A stretch of 64,000 bases of DNA, taken from assembly GCA_951406725.2 (NCBI GenBank), contig OX597820.1:113522001-113586000 (forward strand), given 5' to 3'. Below are positions 1 through 13,480 of the stretch, piece after piece. This DNA is from Octopus vulgaris. Taxonomy: Eukaryota. The notes beneath the pieces were generated by a model that had not been told where the DNA came from, made no database searches, and saw nothing but the letters and a program-made list of their open reading frames with translations. Made by a program: the position numbers and the translations under genes. Numbering within the stretch: position 1 is the first letter of the stretch; each line of letters starts with the position of its first letter.

Positions 1-86
1 TATGTCGTGACTCATGATCGAAATCTTACAAAAATACTCTTTTCTGCAATAACACGTTCCGTTGTTGCAGTGTACGCACACACAGG

Positions 87-141
<55 letters not shown>

Positions 142-764
142 GAACACACATACAGGAACACCGATACATGCAAAACAAATACTTGTGTGACATTCCAAAT
201 GAGCATGTTGATTTAATGAATAACTGTACACATACATACACATGCACTCGCACACACGCACCTACACACGCACGCACACACGTACACGCATATACAAAAC
301 ACACACACATACACAAACACATGCACACCCACACAACATATGTATATATACATATGTATATATATATATATATATAGTATATATATATATAATTAATCCA
401 AACAAGAAAACACACAAAAACACAACAACGCGTGCATATGTATATATATATATATATATATATAATTTTAAATAAATGTACACATACATTCATGTGTTAA
501 CGTGTTACCTATGTGTCTGTGTGTTATGTATATATATATCATAAATATACACGCACGCACACACACACGCACAGATACTCCTAGACATAGACCTACATTC
601 GTGTGTTCGTGCGTTCATACGCGGAAACACATTCATGGATAGATATATGGGTATTTATATGTGCGTGCGTATGTGTGTGAATATACACATACAAGCATGC
701 GTTAAGCATATATTACGTTATAAATACATACATACATACAAACATACATACATACATACATACA

Positions 765-798
<34 letters not shown>

Positions 799-814
799 CA
801 TACATACATACATT

Positions 815-846
<32 letters not shown>

Positions 847-2467
847 CATACATACATACATACATTCATACATACACATGCACGCACGCACACCAACATA
901 TATATAATAAACACTCTCATTCATATCTATGAAACTACATACCGACATGCAAGCAATCATACATAAGCATACATATATGTGTGTTTGTGTCAGTGTGAAT
1001 TCGCGCGTGCGTCTGTTTACATACACGCATAAACACACACACATACATACATACATACATACATGCATGCATGCATACATGCATACATACATACAAACAT
1101 ACATAGATACATACATACATGCATACATACATGCATACATACATGCATACATACATACATACATACATACATACATGCATGCATACATGCATACATACAT
1201 ACATAGATACATACATACATACATACATACATGCGTACATATATGCATACATACAAACATACATAGATACATACATACATGCGTACATACATACACACAT
1301 ACATACATACATACATACATACATGCGTACATACATGCATACATACATGCGTACATATATGCATACATACAAACATACATAGATACATGCATACATGCAT
1401 ACATACACACATACATACATACATACATACATACATACATACATGCATAGATGCATACATACATACATACACACATACATACATTCATATATGCATGCAG
1501 ACATGCATACATACATACATACATACACACATACATACATACATACATACGTACATAGATACATAGATACATACATACACACATGCATGCATACATACAT
1601 ACATACATACATACATACATAACATACATACATACATGCATACATACATAGATACATACATACATACATACACACATACATACACACATACATACACACA
1701 CACATACATACATACATACATGCATACATACATACATACATACATACATGCATACATGCATACATGCATACATACATACACACATACATACATACATAAG
1801 TACATACATACATACATACATGCATACATACATACATACACACATACATACATACATGCATACATACATACACACATACACACATACATACACACATACA
1901 TACATAAATACATACATACATAAATACATACATACATACATACATACACACATACATAAACACATACATACATAAATACATACACACATACATACATACA
2001 TACATACATACATACATACATACATACATACATACATACATACATACATACATACATACATGCATACATGCGTACATACATAAGAAGAGACAACAAACGG
2101 CAATGCTTCGAGTGTGCAAAAAAGATTCCTGATACAAGACGTGATGTCAGTTGCACGTAAATGCATCGAATTAAAATATCAGTCCCTTCCTATGTCTGTG
2201 TGTGTATGTGTGTCGGAAATGTGCACGTCCCTATGCTGATCAGTGTGTGTATGTGTCTGTGTGTGTGTGTGTGTGTGTGTGAGAAAGAGAGGGGGGAGTA
2301 TGTGGGTGTGCGTGTGTGCGTATAAAAGAACTATAGAGAAACAGAGAGAAATGTATGCATACATACCTATGTATATATGGACATATAAATAGATAGAGAG
2401 ACAGCAGGCAGACAGGCAGACAAGCAGAGAGACAGACAGATAGATAGATATATACATACATAGATAC

Positions 2468-2549
<82 letters not shown>

Positions 2550-2553
2550 GGAC

Positions 2554-2639
<86 letters not shown>

Positions 2640-2640
2640 G
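1..2640. repeat. Compound microsatellite block: (CA)n, (TA)n, a long degenerate (CATA)n array (~720-2080) and (GATA)n/(GACA)n (~2390-2640)
   Basis: Repeat units read directly; the long MYVC/HTYI ORFs are translations of the tetranucleotide array. Confidence 0.97.
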
Positions 2641-2946
2641 GAAAATAAGAAAAGGTAGAATATGCTAAAATTTTATTATGAAGAACATTTTAGTACCGGT
2701 TTCTAACTTAGCTATTTTTTCAACTTAGAGTAAACCATGAAAAACAATTAGATTGTGGAAAAATGAAATGAAATATTGTCTTTTTTAATATTTCCTTAGT
2801 TTTCAAATGCAAGGAACATATTCGTTTTTTTCAGTTGTCTCTGTCACTTTCTTTTACTTTTGTGGGTTCTAGGTAGTTAGCGGCAGCTAGTTTGATATGA
2901 AATCTTGTTCTTGATTGTTTAAGCAACAGTAGAGAAAGGAGGTGGG

Positions 2947-3037
2947 GAAGAAGAAGAAGAAGAAGAAGAAGAAGAAGAAGAAGAAGAAGAAGAAGAAGAA
3001 GAAGAAGAAGAAGAAGAAGAAGAAGAAGAAGAAGAAA
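2947..3037. repeat. (GAA)n trinucleotide microsatellite
   Basis: Perfect gaa run. Confidence 0.97.
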
Positions 3038-3089
3038 AATGCGGGAGTAGTAGTGGTAAGACAGTAGCAGGATGTTGGTGGAATCCTCT

Positions 3090-3740
3090 TAAATGGGTTT
3101 ATATTTTGTGATAAAGAAAGACTTTATTAATGCGCTGACAACAGGTTATACCGTCCCTAAATTGATAGAGAGGAAAAATTCCGAAGCTGGGTTGTTTGTT
3201 ATTGGCGCAAATGTCGATGTGTTCGCTGAATGCTATTTTTCTGTTTTTCGGAATTTTAATCTAGGTTCTGTGAAGAGCCATCCTTTGGCGTAGACTGTTT
3301 TGGGTTTGGCCTATGTATTGCTCACGACACCCAGGGTAGGTTAATACACATATCAGGTTCTCCGAACACATGTGAAGTTGCTTTTCATTGTGAAACATTG
3401 ACCCTGTTTGAAAAAAGAATTAGATTGACGCATATACCACAGTTAGGTCTTCCACATTTTTTTACTGACAGCTTCAGTGATGTTGTTGAGCGTATTCGGG
3501 CTTGTGTTAGGAGACTTTTCATAGATTTGGGCTGTCTTTTGCTTTTTATGATGGTGTGCGTTTGGAGGATGATTAAATTCATTCTTTTTAGTATGGGAAT
3601 GTTTTGGAGGATGGTGTCGAAGGCTTCATGAAGAGGGTTGTGTGTAGAGATGTATGGTAGGTCTTTTGGTTGTAAATCCTTTTTAATTTGAGATGTCTGA
3701 GTTCGTGGCTGTTGAATAGTAGGGCATGTTGAAACCATAT
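3090..3740 (-). mobile_element. Penelope-like element fragment: RT-to-GIY-YIG linker and degenerate GIY-YIG endonuclease
   Basis: ORF 3385..3738 contains PYISTHNP, IIKSKRQPKSMKSLLTQA and KKCGRPNCGIC (PLE linker plus Cys knuckle), followed by frameshifted SNFTC...YV sequence. Confidence 0.8.
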
Positions 3741-4140
3741 ATCAATTAGTGATGGTAGTTAATTCGCGATACACGAAACACTACATACGTGCACACACAT
3801 ACATGTACACACACGCACATACAAGCACGCACACACACATACACACATGCATACACACATGCACACGGACACACGTACACACCCACAAAGGAACGCACAT
3901 ATACCTCCACTCACACACGTCCCCACGCGCGTACACACACACGCACATGCGCACACGTACATGTACACACACGCACATGCACACACGTACATGTACACAC
4001 ACGCACATGCACACACGTACGCACACATACACGCCCGCACACTCGTACACCACACACATACAAAAATACACACACATACATACACTCCCACACTCACTGA
4101 TACGCACACTCTTTTCTCTTTGACTTTCCTCTGTCTCCTG

Positions 4141-4174
4141 CTTCTGATGAAGAGGTTTGCTCGAAACGTAAAAC
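4141..4174 (+). ncRNA. Minimal type-I hammerhead ribozyme motif
   Basis: tt CTGATGA a GAG gtttg CTC GAAAC GTA aa: intact core, 3-bp stem II, palindromic ACGT stem III, GUA site; stem I is weak. Confidence 0.6.
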
Positions 4175-4259
4175 ATCTTTTCTTTCCTTCTCTGAGCGTC
4201 TTATTAATACTTTCCAAGTACCACGTCCTCGAGATGTTGCTTTTTTCTTGTCCGTTTTT

Positions 4260-4270
4260 CCGTTTTTTAT

Positions 4271-4306
<36 letters not shown>

Positions 4307-4351
4307 AGAGAGGAGGTATAAATTGAAAAAAATTATTTCTCCGTTTTTTAT

Positions 4352-4387
<36 letters not shown>

Positions 4388-4420
4388 AGAGAGGAGGTAT
4401 AAATTGAAAAAAATTATTTC
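4260..4420 (+). repeat. ~80-bp tandem duplication containing a (TA)n tract
   Basis: ccgttttttattaac(ta)n ttataaagagaggaggtataaattgaaaaaaattattt occurs twice back to back. Confidence 0.9.
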
Positions 4421-4549
4421 ACCAATTGATATGATATCCATACAGCTGCGATCATAACTTGATCCATTAAAGGAGCTTTTTTTATGAGTTCCACCAGATG
4501 AGTTAAATATATATATACATACATATATATAGATATATATGTGTGTGTG

Positions 4550-4626
<77 letters not shown>

Positions 4627-4652
4627 ATGTATATATATATGTGTGTGTGTGT

Positions 4653-4685
<33 letters not shown>

Positions 4686-4775
4686 GGGAGAGTTTACGAA
4701 AACAAAAAGACGAAAACAGGTGGTGTACAAAACAAACAGATGTATTAGTATAACGCTCAGGAATAGAAAAAAAGT

Positions 4776-4811
4776 CTTTTACGTTTCGAGCCTATGCTCT
4801 TCTACAGAAAG
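4776..4811 (-). ncRNA. Minimal hammerhead-like motif with a CUGUAGA core variant
   Basis: Minus strand: cttt CTGTAGA a GAGC atag GCTC GAAAC GTA aaag; stem I cttt/aaag, 4-bp stem II; same family as the 4141 motif, opposite orientation. Confidence 0.55.
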
Positions 4812-5784
4812 GAACACAGAAAAAAACAAGGAGAGAATAAAGCACATATATGAACAGATATGCAGATTGAACTATCCTCCAAGGTAATAGCTTAATTGCT
4901 AACTGATATATATAGAAGATAGACACTCTATGTCAGCAATTGAAGAAGGACTCCGTGTAGGTTATCTCTGAGGAGCGATCAATAAATGATGAAACGCGCC
5001 ATCAGGAGACTCACACCCTTCTTCCTTCCCTACAGCAAAGCTACAAAATGAACGACTTTACATTCTTTATATTCTTATATGGACAGGAGAAAATATCTAT
5101 TCATGAGACCTGTACACGTGTTTACATTACAATTACATAACGAAAGGTTATGATGATGAACTGTGTATACTGATATCTATTCATAGTTGCCCACAACTTT
5201 GAAAAATATCGTTATGTTCGTCCGTCGGAACGATATGAACCATCTGGTCGTCCTTTAGGGTGACTGGTGATTTGCGCGGTGACTTTGTTTAAAGTGAAGA
5301 AGAGTTGTGTACCATCGACCTCACTTTCTCGTCTGTGACCACCTTCAATCCAATGACAAGACCCGGAAAAGACGATTGGGGATGGAGACAGGTACAAAGG
5401 ATCACCAGGACGGCTTATTTACCTCATCTTGCCTAGGCACCCCACAGTGCTTTCCTGCAACTTTCCCCTCAATTCTTCCATGAAGGTTTCTTCTACAGAA
5501 TCTGTGGGATTCAATCTTCAAAAGCATAGGTAGGAAAGCCTAATATGCTAATTATCCTACAGTTGGGTCCTTACTACTCTGGGTCACAGTAATAGTAAGC
5601 AATAGTAGCTAAGCGGTGATTTTGTACTCCTCATAACCCTGGATCTCCAGAAACAGGATCGCTCTACCGAACGTTGTTAAAAGTCATATCTTGGATAATT
5701 GAAAGATGTATGTATCAGATAATTTGCAAGTACGTTGTCTAAGGCCAGAGTGAGAATATCTTTCTCCCTCACTCTTAATAAGTT

Positions 5785-8250
5785 TTATTATTATTATTTT
5801 CATATACACACAACAGATTAGACTGTTGGAAAAGAACAGAATCCTAACATCGGACTACAACAAGTAACCTTAGATGCCAAGAACCCTCCTAAATATCCTA
5901 GTTGTCCCTAATAACACTGTTTTCTGGAGCTGTACTGAAATGGGTTTTATGCCTATTTCCTCTATCCATCTGTTCAGATCTTTAAGCACATATAACTACT
6001 GGGATACAGTTTACCCGCACTTTCCATAGTCTCTGTAATCCAATAGCTAAGTCCTGGTACTTTGCTATTTTTTCTACACTTCTCATATTAATTGTTTCCT
6101 CATTTGGGAATGTAAAATCAATTATCTGCAACTTTCTATTCTATTTACTACTTCTATTTACTATTTCTATTTACTACTACAAATCAGGCCTTCTAGCTTC
6201 TATTACTCCGTCAGTCTGAATGTTAAAGTTCCACTACATCTTGTATTTCTTACTTTACTAGGTTCATGTTCATGCCATTTATCAGTATCTTCAAATCCTA
6301 GCTTTCTACATAGCTCCCAGTGGAATACTTTCCCTAGGTTGTCATGTCTTTTTTTGTATTCTTTTTGTACCAGCATGCTACATTCACTTACTATGTGAGT
6401 AACGCTTTCCTCTTTTGATTTGCATAATCTACATTGCGAATCTACTCGATTTTTATCTATCTTGGCTTTTATCCAATTAGTCCTTAATGTTTGATGTTGT
6501 GCTGCTACTAACAAACTTTCTGTCTCCCCCTTAGCTTTTCTTTCTGCAACCATAACCATGTCTCACTATTATTTGCTGCAACTATCTTTGAGAATCTACG
6601 ATGCAACTCCTTCTCCAGCCAGTCATGTAATTTCTGTTCTTTTTTCAGGATTTTAACTTTTATTGGTGTTTTGGTTTTCCTATGTCTTGCTGTGGCTCTA
6701 GCAGCTCTTAAGAAACTTTCTTCACTGTTACCTACAGAGGAGTCTATATCTACTCTAGCTAACTCCACGCAGTCTTTTACTGATATTAACTCTCTTAGGC
6801 CTTCCTTTCTAGGTAGGTATAATCTTGCTACTTCTGCCCTTGGGTGGGGTCCTCCATTCATATTGAACTCCTTCCTAGTTCTTCTGTCTAGATTTGCTAA
6901 TTCAGTTTTTGTTGAGTATCAAAGTAATGATACTGTCCAAGTATTTACAGCCTTCACTAGATTCGGACCATTTAGCTTTGATTTCATGAGCTTCCTCACC
7001 CTTCTGATGTACTCCTCAGTGTTTCTTTTCATTTCTATAGTTAGTACTCTGTCAGATTCTAATACTCCTAGATACTTATAACTCTCTCCTACTTTCAATG
7101 ATTTTCATATCTGGCCATCTGGTAACTGGATGCCTTTGCTGTTGACTAACTGACTCCTTCTCATGACTAATATTGCACACTTATCTGGGACAAATTCCAT
7201 GCCTATATCTTCGCTGAAGAGTCTTACAGTCAGTATTAACGTATCTATCTCTTTTTCATTCTTACTAAAAAGCTACATCAATGTAGAGCAAATTGTCAAT
7301 TTTTCTATTACTATTTCTGAACTGATACTCTGCCTAGGGGGATCAAACATGGGACAAATATTAAAGGGGATAGCGAGTCCCCCTGGAAAATTCCTCTTTT
7401 GATATTAACTTTCTCTAAGCCTTTGTCACATGAGTAGACATCTACTTTCCATTTCTTCGCGTTAAAGTTAATTAATTCTCTTATGTTGTCTCTTATACTG
7501 GGTATATTCAAATATCCATTTATCCATGAGTGTGGGTTCATGTCATAAGCTTTCCTATAATCTATCCATACTATTGTTAAATTTTTCTTTCATTTAGAAT
7601 TACTTTCTCTCTATATAATAGATCATGCGGTCCTCTAGCCTTCTTCCTGCAACCTTTCTGTTCTACTGGTAGTAAATTCTGGTTGTCAAGGTACTCGTAA
7701 ATGCTTTATGAAGGCATTCCTGTTAACAGCTTCCACACTAATGGTAAGCAAGTGATTAGTCTATAGTTGCTGGCTGTATTATCTTTGCTCTTATCTTTCA
7801 TGTGTATTGTCCTCCCTCTAGTCATCCAATCTAGTATTATTCCTCCATTAAGGCAACCCTGAAATTGTTCCCTCAGACTCCCATGTAAACTACTGAATTT
7901 CTTTAGCCAGTACCCTTGAACTAAACCAGGTCCCAGGCCCTTCCACTTCGGTATTTTTCCCAACACTTTACTCATTAATGCACCAGTTTATCTTAAATGA
8001 GGTTGCTTGTCACTCACTACTTTTTCCCTCACTTTATTTAACCACACTGCATCTCCATTATGATTGACTGGCTTATCCCTGATATTACTCCAGAACTTTC
8101 TAGCTTCTTCTGGATTAGGTTTTTCATCTTCACTACTTCGTTCTCCACTATTTATTTGGTAACAAAATCTCCTCTGGTCTGTCTCAAATAATCTATTCTG
8201 TTGATACTGATCTGTTGATACTGATTCTGATATCTGAAGAGCTTGCCTGC
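5785..8250 (-). mobile_element. 5'-truncated, frameshifted R4/Dong-clade non-LTR retrotransposon (RT, CCHC knuckle, restriction-like endonuclease)
   Basis: Fragments GPGLVQGYWLKK, NYRLITCLPLVWKLLTG, RGIFQGDSLSPLIF, RLYLPRKEG, CRLCKSKEESVTHIVSEC...KRHD, RRPDL, EKIAKYQDL and LQKTVLLGTTRIFRRVL; ends in a short (TAA) tail near 5785. Confidence 0.93.
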
Positions 8251-8269
8251 CTGCTACTGCTACGATGCG

Positions 8270-8278
8270 CTGTTGTTG

Positions 8279-8327
<49 letters not shown>

Positions 8328-8357
8328 CATCATCATTATTACTACTATTACTATTAT
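8270..8357. repeat. (GTT)n/(TTA)n microsatellite at the 5' junction of the R4 element
   Basis: Direct reading. Confidence 0.9.
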
Positions 8358-10699
8358 GGCCAGGCTCCAACCTGGGCCGCAGCAACAAAGTCTACTCGCC
8401 ACACTTGTCGGTTCATCTTCACTGCCTCGATGTCTTGAATATATTTCAGGCCTGTATCTGCAATCAAGTTGTAAATGTAAGTATGACAACGTTTTCCTCT
8501 TCTTACATCACTATGAAGTGGGCTCCATAAGACCAATTTGGATACTTCCAGTTTAGGGTGAACAATGGGAAGCGTTTCTTGGCCGAAAGAGCAAAAATCC
8601 TGAAAAACTCACTTGACCGAGAGATGTTTAGCCAGTGTCCTCATCAGAGGAAATTCATGTTAGAAACATGGAATTTTTGCCAACTAGGGAAATGCTGCTA
8701 TCATCAGTCATCTTTGGGCTAACAGAAACTGATCTAAGGGAGATAACTCTGTCCCACCCAAGGTTTTGCCAGTAGAGTTTTGTTCCAGAATTTTATGTTT
8801 ACAAAATTGACTGACCATAACATTTTCCTCCCTGCAGTTGTGTGCATTCCGACTATTTGAGCCTGACGAGTCACCTATGCATCTAAGCGCTTTATAGGTG
8901 CAAAACCAATGTTCACTCTCTGACTAGCCATAACAGACAACCTTCTAACGCTCCAATTTTTTCTAGAGTGTGCCTCTTTTCGGATATATGAACTACTGAC
9001 CAATATATATATATGTGGTATTTTACAGACAAGAAAGTAAATTTCGAACATAGTATGGCTGTGAAAACAGCAGAACGATAGGTTAAATACTCTTAGAAGT
9101 CGGAAAAAAGTTTCTAGAAAGACCCTAGGGGAGTCGAAACGGTCTGCTGTCAACAATTACTGTCAATTTCAAAGCTAACTAATAGCTCTCGAATGCAGCC
9201 ATACCTTCTGATTGAATCATGTAAAAGTCATATAGATAGAGAGAGACAGACAGACAAAGAGACAGAGAGACAGATACGTGCGCGCGCGCACATACACACA
9301 CATATATGCGATTGTACATATTGAGAATTTTAAAGTATCGAACTATTCGATATCAGTTTTGATATTTTACTGATATTGGCATTCATACAGGTATCTATAA
9401 ATTTTACAAATATTTTGAAATCTCTAATTGATAGAAAAGATGTGTCAGAAAGTTTTTTTTATATATATTTAATTACTGTTTACAAAGTCAGAAACAAATA
9501 AAATACAGTAATTAATTGGCATTCATAGAAACATCTTCATGGCAAATTAAACTGTTTTCTTTTCTAATTCAGCTGAAAGATCTCTTAACTGGGAATTACA
9601 TCTTTCTAAACCACACAGAAAAATAACCTTTTAAGTGAAAATAAACAGTTCTTTGTTTTTAATTTAACAAAATTAAATGAAAGTTCTTAATGAAGGACGC
9701 ATAAAAATTTATTTTGACTTTTCTTTTATTTTTTCAAAATAAACTCCAGAATATTGAGGCATTTTCATGAATTCTCTGAAAAGCTTGATTTCGATTTTGT
9801 AAGCTATAATCAAAAAGTCCCCTCGTTTTCCACTTATAGTTGTTATAGAAAGTATGGCATTATAGTCCATTGAACTTTTTAACTCTAAATTCCTGTTTAT
9901 ATTTAAGTTGTAGAGCGGACTTTTGCCACTGTTGTAAGTCCTTTGACGACGGTTGTCGCTCTGACAGATAGTGTTATATTCCGAATTCGTTGAAAGAATG
10001 GTTATATCTGGCACTGTTGTTATCCTCAAAAGGTTGGATCGATATAACGTCCACTCAGTATCACAGTATGATTAGTATATCAGCAGAGACACGACTATCA
10101 ACATAGACTACACGTACGCTCGAGCTTCCCAACCCTCCCCTGTCCACCGGCTAATGGTCTATTTATAATGGCTGGCTACTACCACTTTTTACTGGGAGGG
10201 GTGTACAGTTTTACTATGCAACGATTTAACTCTTAAATTTCGGTAGTGCTTTCTCTGCATAAATTACTCAACCTGTTAGAAATTAGAGGGTTTGATGAAG
10301 TGCAGTTGGTTCGGGATAAAAATCTTAAAAAATAAAGTATGGCATGAATTCGATTGAAACTTTCTGATACGATATAACGACCGTTGATGTATATTGTGAA
10401 AACAGTTTATATATTTTGAAGTTCATTTCTAACTCTTACCCTATCACTTTTACTTGCCAATGTAAGTTGAATACTGTTTAATTGGTTACAAGTGAGAGAT
10501 TTTGCGTATATTTACAAAATATTGATTACTGGACATTGATTTCTAAATAGCTTATTCATAAGTATATCATAAATATATCTTTAATAAATAATATCATCAA
10601 AAACTAACTATTAACTGCTATTAACCTCGAAAATCGAAGGAAGTAAGACAGAAATTTACTTACTATAACGCAAAAGTATAAACACATATCGCAAACAGA

Positions 10700-11780
10700 A
10701 AGTGTCTTAACAGGACGTTCTTTCCAAAATGAGGCTGAACATCAGTTATCGCCCAGATGAGTGGCTAATTCCAGTTTTTTACCTTCAAACAACACTTTTG
10801 AACCGTGGTTTCATGCAGTGCTATATTTCGTGACAGTTGCGAATATCAGCGTTCTAGAACGTTATGTTAAGATCTCTTGAATACTTTGTTGGGATCGAAA
10901 GGCGAAGGTTAATTTTCGGTGAAGAGAGTCACTAGTATCTACACTGCTTTCAAATGTCCTGCAAGCAGTAGATCACCATTTTGAACTTCCAATTTGTCGA
11001 ATTTTTATGGTAACCAAGAACAAGTGTTTCTTCATTAACACTTTTAAATTTCATACATAATTAATTCTTCATTTTCAGTAAAGTTTTTGAAATATCTTCT
11101 CTGCATTTTTTGTTACCTTTTTTGGGGGGGCGGGGGGGTATTTTTAAAACGAAATGGAAACAAACCAGCATCAAGATACTTTTTAACATAATTTTTATGT
11201 CATGGAGGATATTTAAATAACTCTACATCTTCAATTGTTCAAGCTTCCTTTAGTAACCTTACTAAAAGGATATTCTTGTCAAAAAGATTGTTTCTAATAT
11301 ACTTCAAACAGATTTCAAGGCTCATAAGAGTGGATTCTCTTGAAAAAAGTCCTTTAAGAGCTATCCAAATGAAATGAATCACAGAGCTATGGCCTCTAAA
11401 ATTTTCCGAATGTTATATACTAATAGTCGTTCATAGAATTACACTTAATGCCTTGGGGCTGCATTGTTTCAATTCAAAATAATCTTCCGATCATACATAC
11501 GAGGCTGTTTCAGCGTGTTCTGCAGTCCTGCATAAGTTTCATTTCCTTATCATTAAATCAGTCTTCAACAAAATCTTGAAGTTTCTCATTTTGTTTCAAA
11601 AGTGACTTCCGAAAAGTATTCCTAACTTTGCTTTTTACAGCAGAGAAAACATCTTGAAGATTTGGAATAATAAGCTGTTCTACAAGTCTTAGTTGTAAGA
11701 TATTTGGGGAAAAACAGTAAAAAAGACATTTTAATTCTTCATCTCTGAAACTTCATTTGATGCAGCTGTAACAACTTCAC
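10700..11780 (-). pseudogene. Highly degenerate hAT-family transposase remnant
   Basis: Minus-strand translation near 11450-11650 gives FRKSLLKQNEKLQDFV...KEMKLMQDCRTR*NSLVCMI, matching the hAT D-x-x-TRWNS-x-x-x-M motif; boundaries approximate. Confidence 0.55.
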
Positions 11781-11781
11781 T

Positions 11782-12077
11782 TGACAGAGCGGAGTGAATG
11801 ATGTGATCGCAGAGTGCCGAAAGTACAAGATCCGGTGAGAAGGTTATGTCACAAGGTTCACAAACAACAGGTGGACGCTGCAGTTGCTGAATGGTATCCA
11901 AGAGATAAAAAAAACTGCCCCTTGGAAAGCCTCCACGACAATGTAGACACAATTTGGTCAAGAAATTCGAGTCAAATTGGAAAAGAATGCCGCAATCAAG
12001 ATAAAATTGAAAGCGTATTGTGAGAAGCGGTGTATAACAGCATCTGATGGCCTGTTCGGTACCGTGGTGATGCTGTG

Positions 12078-12078
<1 letters not shown>
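11782..12078 (+). mobile_element. RTE-clade LINE 3'-end fragment
   Basis: Translates across frameshifts as KIR*EGYVTRFTNNRWTLQ..EWYPRDKK..PLGKPPRQ, matching the RTE C-terminal W-x-GHV-x-R...RW...EW-x-PR...R-x-x-GRP pattern. Confidence 0.7.
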
Positions 12079-12136
<58 letters not shown>

Positions 12137-12340
12137 AATGTAAAAAAATACAAACTGGGACAAGAACGTGAAACATTTAGAAGACGATACAAAAAACATG
12201 GACGGTACATTCGAAGCCTTCAATCATCAGTCAAGAACCGGATCATCTTAGCAATTTCGGCTGGATACATACATATTAATAAAATATGTATATATTTTTG
12301 TTTTGAGTTATGTTTTTCCTGTTTGCATAACCAAGCTTAT

Positions 12341-12465
<125 letters not shown>

Positions 12466-12566
12466 AAAATTGAGGGAGATAAATTAATATTAATTTTAAT
12501 ATCAATTTAAAACCAGTAGTCCAGCATTCAAAAAATCTGAGGAGTCAGAGAAAATTCAAATATATG

Positions 12567-12728
12567 TGTATATTGGCAGGGCTGGCCTGCTAGGTAGCCG
12601 GCCAGAATGCTAGAAAAAGATCATCAACGATCAAACTACAAGGGAAATTTCCTTTGTAGTTTGATCGTTGATGATCTTTTTCTAGCATTCTGGCCGGCTA
12701 CCTAGCAGGCCAGCCCTGCCAATATACA
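12567..12728. repeat. 162-bp loopless palindrome (81-bp arms, one mismatch)
   Basis: tgtatattggcagggctgg...caaactacaagggaaa|tttcctttgtagtttg...ccagccctgccaatataca, centre at 12647/12648. Confidence 0.95.
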
Positions 12729-12999
12729 TATATATATATATATATATATACAAAATATATACATATTGGTGTTCCGTATTTGTTGTCTGTGAACTCGTGA
12801 GCGTTCTGATAATGCATTCCCTGTCCCACCCATATATATTTCGTCGCAATTCGCAATACCTTTGTTAATAGTTTCTTTAGGCTACTTCACTTTGTTTTAT
12901 GATTGGCAAATTTGTTTGGATGATGTTAAAAATATTTTGGTGATACGGATTGTGTGTTACTAGAAATGGTTTTGAGCTCCTTTGAGGGGTTTGTCTAAT

Positions 13000-13480
13000 C
13001 AAACACTCAGCAAAAGGCAATCACATAATCTAAAGAAACTATTAACAAAGGCAAAATTCAACACGAACAAACGGGATAACGCATTCACAGTATCAAAATG
13101 TAATGATAACAAATGTTGAATGTGTCAATACATGCAGACGGGTAGATCCATAAGAACAAAAAATTGACATATTTTCACAAATGCAGATATGAACTGCAAA
13201 AGCAGTAATTTGATCTACTGCATTAAATGCCCGAATTGCGGGGAATTATATATAGGCGAGACAGAGAATATATTATCGGAACGGTTACGAGTCCACAGAC
13301 AACAAATCTGGAACATCAATGTTCGCCAAATTCCATTGAGCGAACATATAAAGGCATGTGGTCAGAAAATGTTTTTTAATTTTTTCTTTTCTACAAACTA
13401 CAAGACACAAGTGAGGTTGGAAGAAAGATGAAAGAAAAATGGTTTAATTAAAATATTCAAAGCTGTTCTGAGCGGAAATA
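13000..13480 (+). mobile_element. Penelope-like element GIY-YIG endonuclease fragment with stop codons
   Basis: KRQSHNLKKLLTKAKF...CNDNKC*MC...MNCKSSNLIYCIKCPNCGELYIGETENILSERLRVH. Confidence 0.9.

Noticed and set aside
814-2166. 400-450 aa ORFs (MYVC repeats) and similar long ORFs at 26066, 36273 and 45328
   Set aside because: Translations of stop-free microsatellites with no protein-like complexity
2688-2730. Minus-strand TTGAAAA...GAAACCGGTA downstream of the GIY-YIG fragment
   Set aside because: The position suits a pLTR hammerhead, but two core bases and the stems are degenerate
4965-5010. CTGAGGA...GAAACGCGCC hammerhead-like string
   Set aside because: No NUH triplet and no convincing stem I
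8570-9150. Scattered CTGATGA/CTGACGA and GAAAC motifs
   Set aside because: Could not be assembled into a three-stem junction
9709-10029. 106-aa minus-strand ORF in non-repetitive-looking DNA
   Set aside because: No recognisable domain or exon context; may be transposon debris
12198-12240. Minus-strand CTGATGA...GAATGTACCGTC
   Set aside because: GAAA is replaced by GAAT and stems I and III are unsupported
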